Assembly (NCBI GenBank): GCA_001788835.1
Contig: MFXK01000028.1
Location: 60,256 to 124,255 of the forward strand
Length of the DNA: 64,000 nucleotides
Direction: 5' to 3'
From: Candidatus Peregrinibacteria bacterium RIFOXYB2_FULL_33_20
GTDB lineage: Bacteria > Patescibacteriota > Gracilibacteria > UBA1369 > GWF2-33-10
Made by a program: the position numbers and the translations under genes. Positions 8,997-17,579 of the stretch are shown one piece after another. The stretch's first letter is position 1, and every line of letters starts with the position of its first letter. Below the pieces are notes generated by a model. It was not told where the DNA came from. It did no database searches and was given only the letters and a program-made list of their open reading frames with translations.

Positions 8997-9857
8997 ATGA
9001 GCAAAAAAATCAACATTGGCCTAATCCAAATGCAATGCGGAAATGATGTAAACGCTAATCTCAAAAAAGCAGAAGCGAAAATTAAAGAAGCCACAAATAA
9101 AGGTGCTCAAATTATTGCTCTTTCTGAACTTTTTTCTGCACCTTATTTTTGCCAAAAAGAAAAAGATCCTAATGCTATAAAATTTTTGGAAACTATACCT
9201 TCTGGGACTACATTCGAAATGCTCTCAAAAGCCGCAAAAGATAATAAAGTAATTGTTGTTGGCGGTTCTATTTATGAAAAAGGAGAAAATGGGAAATTAT
9301 ATAATACTGCAGTAATTTTTGATATTGATGGTTCTGTATTTTTGAAATATCGCAAAATGCACATTCCTCATGATCCACGATATTATGAACAAAATTATTT
9401 TGAAAAAGGGAATCTTGGATATCAAATAGCTGATACTCGTTATGGTAAAATTTCAGTTTTGATTTGTTATGATCAATGGTTCCCTGAAGCTTCTAGAATT
9501 TTAACTTTGAAAGGTGCTGATTTAATATTTTATCCTACTGCCATAGGTAATTTCACTGACCAAGAAGCGTTTGAAGGTGATTGGCAAAAAGCTTGGGAAG
9601 ATGTGCAACGTGGTCATGCTATAGCAAATAATATTTATGTTGCTCCAATAAATAGAGTTGGAATTGAAGATAAATTAGAGTTTTGGGGTGGGTCTTTTGT
9701 TGCTGATCCTTTTGGAAAAATACTTGCACATGGCGGAAACAATGAAGAAATTATTTTAGCAGAAATTGATTTGGATCATGCAGAACGTGTTCGTGAGGAA
9801 TGGGGGTTTTTTCATAATCGCCGACCGGAGAGCTATGAAGAAATTTTGAATTCTTAA
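8997..9857 (+). CDS. aguB: N-carbamoylputrescine amidase (nitrilase-superfamily CN hydrolase)
   Basis: Glu-Lys-Cys triad contexts: IALSELF, YRKMHIP and VLICYDQWFPE. Its position next to agmatine deiminase supports the specific call. Confidence 0.8.
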   Translation: MSKKINIGLIQMQCGNDVNANLKKAEAKIKEATNKGAQIIALSELFSAPYFCQKEKDPNAIKFLETIPSGTTFEMLSKAAKDNKVIVVGGSIYEKGENGKLYNTAVIFDIDGSVFLKYRKMHIPHDPRYYEQNYFEKGNLGYQIADTRYGKISVLICYDQWFPEASRILTLKGADLIFYPTAIGNFTDQEAFEGDWQKAWEDVQRGHAIANNIYVAPINRVGIEDKLEFWGGSFVADPFGKILAHGGNNEEIILAEIDLDHAERVREEWGFFHNRRPESYEEILNS

Positions 9858-9877
9858 TTTTAAATTTTGAATTAATT

Positions 9878-10963
9878 ATGCAAAAAACTCCTTTTAATTT
9901 AGGTTATCGTATGCCAGCAGAATGGGAAAAACATTCGGCGATTTGGCTTGCCTGGCCTCACAATCGGAATCATTGGATATACTGGCTTGTAAATGAACAA
10001 CATGGAGAAGAATGGAAATATGAAAAAGTTCTTGACGCTTTTTGTAATGCAATTCATGTAATGCAAGAAAGTGAAACAGTAAATTTGTTAGTGAATGATT
10101 TATCAATGGAAAAAGTTGTACGAGAAAGATTAAATGATTTGAAATTAAGAACTGACAATATTAATTTTGTTTATATAAAAACTAATGTTCCTTGGTGTCG
10201 TGATTTTGGACCGATTTTTGTTGTTCGTGATGATGCAAAAAATTCTTCACAAAAAGAAATAGCAATAATTGATTGGATTTTTAATGCCTGGGGAGAGAAA
10301 TACAATGAAGGGAATGATGATGATGTCGTACCAACAAATATTGCTAAACTTTTAAAAATTCCTGTGTTTTATCCGAAAATTGTAATGGAAGGAGGTTCAA
10401 TTGATGTGAATGGTAAAGGTACTCTGCTTACAACGCGCCAATGTTTATTAAATGAAAATCGCAATCCAGATTTAACTAAAAAAGATCTTGAAATTGTTTT
10501 AAAAAATTATCTTGGAGCAACAAATGTTTTGTGGCTTGGAGACGGTATAATTAACGATGATACAGATGGTCATGTTGATGATTTAGCACGTTTTGTAAAT
10601 GCAGAAACTATTGTTTGCTCTGTTGAAGAAAATTCAAAAAATCCTAATTATCGATTTCTTAAAGAAAATTTTGAACAAATGCAATCCATGAAAGATCAGG
10701 ATGGTAAATTACTTAAAATTATCCCATTGCCAATGCCAGATCCTGTTATTTATCTTGACGCACAAATGCCTGCAACTTATGCAAATTTTTATATTGGGAA
10801 CAAAATTGTAATAATGCCAAGTTTCAGACAAAAAAAAGATGATCAAGCAAAAGAAATTTTACAACATTATTTCCCAAATCGAAAAGTGATAGGTGTTGAT
10901 GCTTTTGACGTGATTTGGGGTCAAGGAGCTTGGCATTGTTTAAGTCAGCAACAGCCACTATAA
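9878..10963 (+). CDS. aguA: Agmatine deiminase
   Basis: MPAEWEKHSAIWLAWPH, GGSIDVNGKGTLLTT, TDGHVDDLARF and the C-terminal catalytic Cys block GQGAWHCLSQQQP. Confidence 0.85.
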   Translation: MQKTPFNLGYRMPAEWEKHSAIWLAWPHNRNHWIYWLVNEQHGEEWKYEKVLDAFCNAIHVMQESETVNLLVNDLSMEKVVRERLNDLKLRTDNINFVYIKTNVPWCRDFGPIFVVRDDAKNSSQKEIAIIDWIFNAWGEKYNEGNDDDVVPTNIAKLLKIPVFYPKIVMEGGSIDVNGKGTLLTTRQCLLNENRNPDLTKKDLEIVLKNYLGATNVLWLGDGIINDDTDGHVDDLARFVNAETIVCSVEENSKNPNYRFLKENFEQMQSMKDQDGKLLKIIPLPMPDPVIYLDAQMPATYANFYIGNKIVIMPSFRQKKDDQAKEILQHYFPNRKVIGVDAFDVIWGQGAWHCLSQQQPL

Positions 10964-11060
10964 ACAACTTAAAAAAATCACTTAAAAATCTTCTTGCACT
11001 TTCATAAATAATTTGATAAAAACAGAATTATGAAATTATTTTTATTCATTTGTATTTTAA

Positions 11061-12449
11061 GTGGAAAAACCTAAACGCCCTAAGGCAAAAAATTATAAAA
11101 AAATCTGGAAATTAAGTCAAAAAGAACTCAATACAGAATATTTCAGTATCAATAAAGACGGGGAGTTAGTTATTCACGAAGGCAATTATCAATATAACAT
11201 TTATGATCTAGCCCGAAAATTTAACGGTTCATCATTGGAAATTTTTATGCCTTATGTCATTGAAGATCGCCTTGAAAATATTTTTAAAGTTGCAAAATCA
11301 TACATCAAAAAATTTGGATATAAATCTAAATTTTCATATCATTTCCCCATCAAAGTAAATCAACGCAAAGAATTCATGTTACCGCTTCTTTCTGAAGGTG
11401 CTCATCTTGAAACTGCTTCTGCTAATCAATTATGGCTGGTAAAGAAGCTTTATATGAGTGAAAATTTTAATTCCAGGATACGTGTTGTTTGCAATGGCCC
11501 AAAAACTTTAGAATATATAAATCTAATTAAAGAACTTCGCGAAAAAGGTTTAGGCATTGTTCCTATTATAGAAAGTGAAGAAGAACGCAAATTATTCAAA
11601 GGTTTCCCTGGTGATACCGGCGTGCGGATAAATTTAAAAACACGGGTGAAGTCACATTGGGATAAAAAAATCGATCAATTTGGCATGACTTTAGATGAAA
11701 TTTCGGATATGGGACGAATACGAGGATTAAAAATTCTGCACTATCATTTAGGTTCCCAAACAAAATTCGAAAATGACCATATTAATGGTCTGCGTGAAGC
11801 TTTTGATGCTTATGTAAAAATCCGTAAGCAAAATCCGGGGCTTGATACTATCAATATTGGAGGCGGATTTGCAGTCCCTTATGAGAAAAAAAGACTATAT
11901 AGTTTTGAATCTTTGCTATCTCGCATATTTAAAAACCTAAAAACATGGGCTGACAAGGTAGGAGTTCCTCACCCTAACGTAATTGTTGAGTGGGGACAAG
12001 CTGTAACTGCTCCAGCACAGTTAAATGTTTATAAAATTGTACTTTCTAAAAAAATCAGTAAAGGAATTGCAAAATATTGGTATTTTATTAATGGAAGTTT
12101 TCAAAATGATCTTTTAGATATTTGGGCTGTACACCAGAAATTTCATGTCATTCCAGTTAATCACATGAATGCTATATATCGTAATCGTGTATGGCTAGCT
12201 GGTTTAAGCTGTGATTCTGATGATCGTTATACAGGTAATGATTATTTTTTGTTACCACGTTTAGAAGACTTGGAAAAGGGAGAAGAATTATATATCGCAA
12301 TTTTAGATACAGGAGCATATCAAGACAGTTTTTCTGGTCATCACTGTTTCATTTCACCTCCAACAAAAGTTATTTTACAAAACGGCATTGTAACTGTTGC
12401 ACGTAAAAGAGAAGGCCCAGAAGATGTTGGCAAATATTTCGGATGGTAG
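11061..12449 (+). CDS. speA: PLP-dependent arginine decarboxylase (compact SpeA-like, Orn/DAP/Arg decarboxylase fold)
   Basis: GTG start. FPIKVNQRKEF carries the PLP-Lys block (PiKvNQ). Also AHLETASANQL, GGGFAVPY and CDSDD. Co-located with aguA and aguB. Confidence 0.7.
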   Translation: MEKPKRPKAKNYKKIWKLSQKELNTEYFSINKDGELVIHEGNYQYNIYDLARKFNGSSLEIFMPYVIEDRLENIFKVAKSYIKKFGYKSKFSYHFPIKVNQRKEFMLPLLSEGAHLETASANQLWLVKKLYMSENFNSRIRVVCNGPKTLEYINLIKELREKGLGIVPIIESEEERKLFKGFPGDTGVRINLKTRVKSHWDKKIDQFGMTLDEISDMGRIRGLKILHYHLGSQTKFENDHINGLREAFDAYVKIRKQNPGLDTINIGGGFAVPYEKKRLYSFESLLSRIFKNLKTWADKVGVPHPNVIVEWGQAVTAPAQLNVYKIVLSKKISKGIAKYWYFINGSFQNDLLDIWAVHQKFHVIPVNHMNAIYRNRVWLAGLSCDSDDRYTGNDYFLLPRLEDLEKGEELYIAILDTGAYQDSFSGHHCFISPPTKVILQNGIVTVARKREGPEDVGKYFGW

Positions 12450-12532
12450 GAGCCTACCAAGTATGATATAATTTAAAGAAACTTTTAGAATATTAGACTA
12501 AAAGTTCACAGCTCATAGCCCACAGCTATTTT

Positions 12533-14113
12533 ATGGCTCTTAAATCTCTTAAAACAAAATTAATTTTCACAACTTGTCTGCTGATAATTATTATTATCAG
12601 CGCTCTTTCTTCGATTTTTATTTTAAGCCGGGTAAATGAATATAAAAATCAAATTTATTTAAATGCCAGAAGTTTTGCGGAGATTGTTAGTCCGCAAATT
12701 GCTAATATCAATACGATTTACCTACAAGAAGGCAGTTTTTTGAGTTTTAATAAAGAAATTAAAAATATTTTTAACAAAAATTCCGATATTGCCACAATTA
12801 AAATATTTTCCTATCAAGGCACTATTCTATATGATTCACTTCAAGAAAAACACGAGCAATATCAAGGCCCAGCCAGAACCGTTACCGATCAAAATTTATT
12901 AACACGCCTTAAATCACAAAACCAGTCTTTAGGATTATCTAATAATTCTGTGGTGTTTTTAAAAATTGATAATAGCGGTGCTTATAAATTTGTGTCAGAA
13001 GATGGAAATGAATTAATCAAGGTGAATTTAAATTCAATGCGCATCAACAATATCATTGAACCTTTTGATAATAGAATTGCCGTAGAATATGGACTCTCCT
13101 ATAAGAGCCTGGACAGTAAAATTAGAATTATGATTATGGAAACAATTATTGTAATGTTGATAGGTTTGATTTTGGGGGTAATTTTTTCTTACGTTTTTGC
13201 TTCTACGATTGTGCGTCCTTTGAAACATTTAACTCAAGGTGTGTTAACTATTTCCGAGGGTGATTTTCACAAACAAGTACCAGTAGAGACCAAAGATGAA
13301 GTGGGGGTACTAGCTAAATCATTCAACCAAATGGCTATTAAGCTTGATCAAAGCACCAAGGCTATGGTTTTTCAGGAAAGAGTGGCCAAAGAATTTGAAC
13401 TAGCTGCTGACATTCAAAGGACCATTTTGCCCAAAGATATCCCAAACGTCAAAGGCTTGGATATTGCCGCTGGTTTGATCCCTGCTGAAGCCATCGGCGG
13501 CGATCTATTTGATTTCATCAAAATTGATGATGATAATTTAATGTTTTATTTAGGGGATGTGACTGGCCATGGAGTTCCTTCCAGTTTGGTAGTATCGATT
13601 GCTAATGCTGTTGTTTATAGCCACATTGACGAAAAAGATATGCAAAAAATCTTATGTCGGACCAATGCAGTTCTTAAGGCCAAAACTTTACCTAATATGT
13701 TTTTAACTTTAATTATGATGAATTGGAACGTGCCTCGGCAAAAAATGACTTATGTCAGCGCCGGCCATGAACAGTTAATTTATTTTGATTCCGCTACAAA
13801 AAAAGCTTCACTATTACCTGGAGGAGGGATGGCCTTAGGAATGATTCCTGATATTTCCAAAATAATTAAAGTCCAAGAAGTAAATTTAAAACCAGGTGAT
13901 TTATTAATTACATATAGCGATGGCATTCCTGAATGTTGGAAAGATGATAAAGAACTTTATGGTATGGACAGATTCCAACGTTTAGTAGAAAAACTTGCTG
14001 ATCTACCTAATGCTGAAGCTATCAAAAATTCCATTATCGCTGATGTTAAATTATTTGCCAATGGCTATGAACAAAAAGACGATATCACTGTGATAGTGGT
14101 GAAAAAAGTGTAA
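12533..14113 (+). CDS. Membrane sensor with HAMP domain and PP2C/SpoIIE-type Ser/Thr phosphatase domain (RsbU-like)
   Basis: Two TM segments bracket an extracytoplasmic region of about 170 aa. HAMP is RPLKHLTQGVLTISEGDFHKQVPVETKDEVGVLAKSFNQM. PP2C motifs are GGDLFDF, GDVTGHGVPSS, YSDGIPE and KDDITVIVV. Confidence 0.8.
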   Translation: MALKSLKTKLIFTTCLLIIIIISALSSIFILSRVNEYKNQIYLNARSFAEIVSPQIANINTIYLQEGSFLSFNKEIKNIFNKNSDIATIKIFSYQGTILYDSLQEKHEQYQGPARTVTDQNLLTRLKSQNQSLGLSNNSVVFLKIDNSGAYKFVSEDGNELIKVNLNSMRINNIIEPFDNRIAVEYGLSYKSLDSKIRIMIMETIIVMLIGLILGVIFSYVFASTIVRPLKHLTQGVLTISEGDFHKQVPVETKDEVGVLAKSFNQMAIKLDQSTKAMVFQERVAKEFELAADIQRTILPKDIPNVKGLDIAAGLIPAEAIGGDLFDFIKIDDDNLMFYLGDVTGHGVPSSLVVSIANAVVYSHIDEKDMQKILCRTNAVLKAKTLPNMFLTLIMMNWNVPRQKMTYVSAGHEQLIYFDSATKKASLLPGGGMALGMIPDISKIIKVQEVNLKPGDLLITYSDGIPECWKDDKELYGMDRFQRLVEKLADLPNAEAIKNSIIADVKLFANGYEQKDDITVIVVKKV

Positions 14114-14226
14114 AAAAATTAACTTCAAATTGTAAAAGTTATACAAATTGAGCTAAAATTTTATTGTGTTTTTTCAGAATAATTCAAAATTCAAAATTCA
14201 AAATTTAGAATTTAAAATTTTTTAAA

Positions 14227-15480
14227 ATGTCTCAATTCATCATCAACGGCGGACAGAGATTAACTGGAGTTATCAAACCAAGCGGATCAAAAAACGCTGT
14301 TTTGCCAATACTTGCGGCAACAATTCTTGTGAAAAATGAATGCATTATTACAAATGTTCCAGATATTCAGGACGTGAAAACAATGTTAAGTATCTTAGAG
14401 TCGATCGGAGCTCAGACACATTTCGCAAATAATACAATACATATCAGAACAGAAAATATTCATAATAAAGCTATTCGAAGTGAATTAGTACCAAAAATGC
14501 GTGCATCAATACTGTTTCTTGGACCTTTAATTGCTAAATTTGGTGAGGCAAATATAACTTTTCCAGGAGGATGTGTGTTAGGCAAAAGAGCTATTGATAC
14601 TCATCTGGAAGCTTTTAAACAATTGGGAATAAATATAATAGATTCAAATGATCAAATTAGTATTAAATGCAGAAAAATCAACAATGCTTTGGTGGTTATG
14701 CCTGAAATGAGTGTAACAGCAACAGAAAATATAATTACGGCTTCAGTTCTATGTAATGGCAAAGTTGAGATACATCTTTCCGCTTGTGAACCACATGTTG
14801 TTGATTTGTGTAATTTCTTAAATGCAATGGGTGCCAAAATTTCAGGAATTGGAACTCATACCTTAACAATCGATGGTGTAAATCAATTATTGGGTGGCAA
14901 ATATCAAGTTAAATCAGATTATCTTGAAGTAGGCACTCTGACGATTGCTTCTGTTATTACAAAAGGCGAGGTAACAATTGAAAATGCAAATCCAGAAGAT
15001 CTTGAAATGTTTTTTTATAAACTTTGGAAAATTGGTGCGAATTTTAATATTGAAGGAAGTCAAATAAAAATATTTCCAAACAAACATCTTGTATCTCCAG
15101 GAATTATCAAAACCGCTGTACACCCAGGATTTCCAACAGATCTTCAGGCTCCTTTTGCTGTAGCTTTAACTCAATGCAAAGGAGAAAGTACAATATTTGA
15201 AACACTATTTGAAGGAAGGCTTGGCTATTTATCTGAACTTGAAGAGATGGGTGCAAAAATTCAAACTCTTAATCCTCATCAAGCCAAAATATTTGGCCCA
15301 ACAAATCTCAAAGGCCTTCCAATAATAAGCCATGACATTAGAGCTGGCGCGGCTATGGTACTCGCTGGACTCATTGCTGAAGGCGAAACTCAAATCAGTA
15401 ACATAAACTATATCGAAAGAGGCTATGAAAATTTGGATGAAAAGTTAAGGATGCTGGGAGCGAGAATAAAGAAAACTTAA
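14227..15480 (+). CDS. murA: UDP-N-acetylglucosamine 1-carboxyvinyltransferase
   Basis: GSKNAVLPILAATIL, the active-site Cys block FPGGCVLGKRAIDTHL, and the length and C-terminal ERGYENLDEKLRMLGA. Confidence 0.9.
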   Translation: MSQFIINGGQRLTGVIKPSGSKNAVLPILAATILVKNECIITNVPDIQDVKTMLSILESIGAQTHFANNTIHIRTENIHNKAIRSELVPKMRASILFLGPLIAKFGEANITFPGGCVLGKRAIDTHLEAFKQLGINIIDSNDQISIKCRKINNALVVMPEMSVTATENIITASVLCNGKVEIHLSACEPHVVDLCNFLNAMGAKISGIGTHTLTIDGVNQLLGGKYQVKSDYLEVGTLTIASVITKGEVTIENANPEDLEMFFYKLWKIGANFNIEGSQIKIFPNKHLVSPGIIKTAVHPGFPTDLQAPFAVALTQCKGESTIFETLFEGRLGYLSELEEMGAKIQTLNPHQAKIFGPTNLKGLPIISHDIRAGAAMVLAGLIAEGETQISNINYIERGYENLDEKLRMLGARIKKT

Positions 15481-15503
15481 AAAACGAAATCAGTTCGAAC
15501 TGA

Positions 15504-16343
15504 CTACTGATTACTGATTACTTCAATTCTTCCCTCCAGATCATTCCTTCTAATTTGGATGCCTAAATTATTGAATTTATCCAAAGTTTCCTGATGTGGA
15601 TGTTGAAATTTATTATTTATTCCAACCTGAATAACTGCTGTTTTTGGATTCACACTTAATAAATAATCCAAAGTAGTGGCTGTTCTACTTCCATGATGCC
15701 CAACTTTCAAAACATCAGCTGACAAATCATAATCTGTCATTAATTGTTCATGTTCCGATTCTTTTTCCGCATCACCAGTAAATAAAATTTTATGATCACC
15801 GTAAATCAATTTCAAAACAACCGATGCGTTATTAATATTTATAAAATTTTGTCCGCCAAAAAATTTATTCGGATACAAAACATCTAAAAAAATTCCATTA
15901 CCAAAATCAAAATCATTTTCTGAATATGCAATAATTGTAGATATTTTTTGCTGATTTATTTCTTTCAGAAATTCATCATAAAGTGAATTTTTATAATTAG
16001 GTGCTGAAAATAAAACTTTTTTAACATCATATCTTTTCAAAACTTCAATTAGCCCGCTAATATGATCTTCATGCGGATGCGTCAAAACGATTAAATCTAT
16101 CGCATTAATAACATATGGCATAGTAGTTCCTAATTGCCCCAAAACATTCTGACCAGGCCCTCCATCAATCAAAATATTCTGTAAAGCGGGTGTTTGTATC
16201 AAAATTGAATCACCCTGCCCAACATTCAAAAATGTAATTTTCAAATTTTGATTTGGCAATTTAGAAAAAAATATATGAGTAATTGCAATAAATACAATTA
16301 ATACAAAAAAAATATATTTCTGTTTTTTAAATTCAATGGACAT
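15504..16343 (-). CDS. Stand-alone ComEC/Rec2-type metallo-beta-lactamase domain protein with N-terminal membrane anchor
   Basis: LNVGQGDSILIQ, THPHEDHISGL (HxHxDH), FTGDAEKESE and LKVGHHGSRTATT match the C-terminal MBL domain of ComEC. The competence channel domain is absent. Confidence 0.75.
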   Translation of the reverse strand: MSIEFKKQKYIFFVLIVFIAITHIFFSKLPNQNLKITFLNVGQGDSILIQTPALQNILIDGGPGQNVLGQLGTTMPYVINAIDLIVLTHPHEDHISGLIEVLKRYDVKKVLFSAPNYKNSLYDEFLKEINQQKISTIIAYSENDFDFGNGIFLDVLYPNKFFGGQNFININNASVVLKLIYGDHKILFTGDAEKESEHEQLMTDYDLSADVLKVGHHGSRTATTLDYLLSVNPKTAVIQVGINNKFQHPHQETLDKFNNLGIQIRRNDLEGRIEVISNQ

Positions 16344-16347
16344 AAAT

Positions 16348-16434
16348 AAAACTCACCCTAAATCCCTCTCTTCAAAAGAGGGACTTTCTTCACCCCCCTC
16401 TCTTTTAAGAGAGTGGGGCAGGGGGGTGAGTTTT
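16348..16434. repeat. Palindromic intergenic repeat, same family as the arms at 7352-7413 and 7624-7668
   Basis: AAAACTCACCCTAAATCCCTCTCTTCAAAAGAGGGAC...CCCCTCTCTTTTAAGAGAGTGGGGCAGGGGGGTGAGTTTT. The outer 11-mers are inverted, with two internal CCCTCTC/GAGAGGG hairpins. The downstream TTCTGGTCTTTTGATGAATTTT resembles TTCTGGCCTTTTCATGATTTTT at 7681-7702. Confidence 0.7.
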
Positions 16435-16493
16435 TAAATTACCACCCAATTCTGGTCTTTTGATGAATTTTCCCCTAATTTAAAATTCAAAAT

Positions 16494-17579
16494 TTAGAAT
16501 TTAGAATTTTTTTCAATTATTTCAATCAACTTGTCCACAATCTCATTTTCAGGAACTCTTGCAATGATTTTTCCTTTTTTGAAAATTATTCCTTTCCCAT
16601 TTGAACCTGTTATCCCAAAATCAGATTCTCTTGCTTCGCCAGGACCATTCACCTCACATCCCATAACTGCAATTCTGACATTCTGCAAATGTTTTGTTTT
16701 TTCTTTTACTTCTTTCAAAATTTTCTTCAGATCAATTGAAATTCTGCCACAAGTTGGGCAGGCAATAATATCAGGCTCTTTTGTGTATAATTTAAAAGAT
16801 TTCAAAATCATTTTACACACTTTTATTTCTTCTATTGGATCTGCGGCTAAAGAGACACGAATCGTATCTCCTATTCCATCAGCGATCAGAGCTCCAATGC
16901 CAATAGAATTTTTCACAGTACCATCAAATTGATCGCCAGCATGAGTGACACCGAGATGCAAAGGATAATCCGTTTTAGATGACAACAATCTATAAGCTTG
17001 AATATTATTTAAAACATTTTCAGTTTTTACGGAAATTATTAAATTTTGAAAATTTTCTTTCTCGAAAAATTTTATACTTTCCAAAGCTGATTCGACCAAA
17101 GCTTGAGGAGTTGGTGCTTTATATTTATTCCAAAATTTCTGTTCCAAAGATCCCGCATTCACCCCAATTCTAATAGCTACTTTTTTATCTTTGGCTTTTG
17201 CAATTACTTCTTTAAGTAAATTTTTGTCTAAAAAATTTCCAGGATTAATTCGTAATTTAGCGATTGGATGATCAAGAGCCAGCAAAGCCATTTTCGGTAA
17301 AAAGTGAATATCAGCCACCAATGGAATATGAATTTGAGCAATAATTTTTGTCAAAACTTTAGCGTCTTTTTCCTCAGGCACAGCCACACGAATAAGCTCA
17401 CAACCTTTTTTTTCTAAGTTTAAAATTTGTTGCACGGTCGCCTCAACATTATGAGTCTTAGTATCGCACATCGATTGAATCACAATTGGATTTTCCCCCC
17501 CAATTTTTAAAGAACCAATGTTAATTTCCCAAGTTTTTTTTCGTTTTAAAATCATAAAATATTTTTTATAAAGAATCAT
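16494..17579 (-). CDS. ispG: 4-hydroxy-3-methylbut-2-en-1-yl diphosphate synthase (MEP pathway)
   Basis: GcpE blocks IRVAVPE, RINPGN, IACPTCGR and GCEVNGPGEA (Fe-S cysteines). An alternative start at M9 (17555) would remove the 14-nt overlap with the PolX stop. Confidence 0.85.
   Translation of the reverse strand: MILYKKYFMILKRKKTWEINIGSLKIGGENPIVIQSMCDTKTHNVEATVQQILNLEKKGCELIRVAVPEEKDAKVLTKIIAQIHIPLVADIHFLPKMALLALDHPIAKLRINPGNFLDKNLLKEVIAKAKDKKVAIRIGVNAGSLEQKFWNKYKAPTPQALVESALESIKFFEKENFQNLIISVKTENVLNNIQAYRLLSSKTDYPLHLGVTHAGDQFDGTVKNSIGIGALIADGIGDTIRVSLAADPIEEIKVCKMILKSFKLYTKEPDIIACPTCGRISIDLKKILKEVKEKTKHLQNVRIAVMGCEVNGPGEARESDFGITGSNGKGIIFKKGKIIARVPENEIVDKLIEIIEKNSKF

Noticed and set aside
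14193-14222. Shared 22-mer AAAATTCAAAATTTAGAATTTA upstream of murA, also present at about 16481-16502 (3' end of ispG), with similar (AAAATTC)n strings inside rsmA (about 61110-61140).
   Set aside because: It is a low-complexity AT-rich heptamer periodicity. One copy is coding (…EKNSKF*), so it is most likely compositional coincidence rather than a regulatory element.
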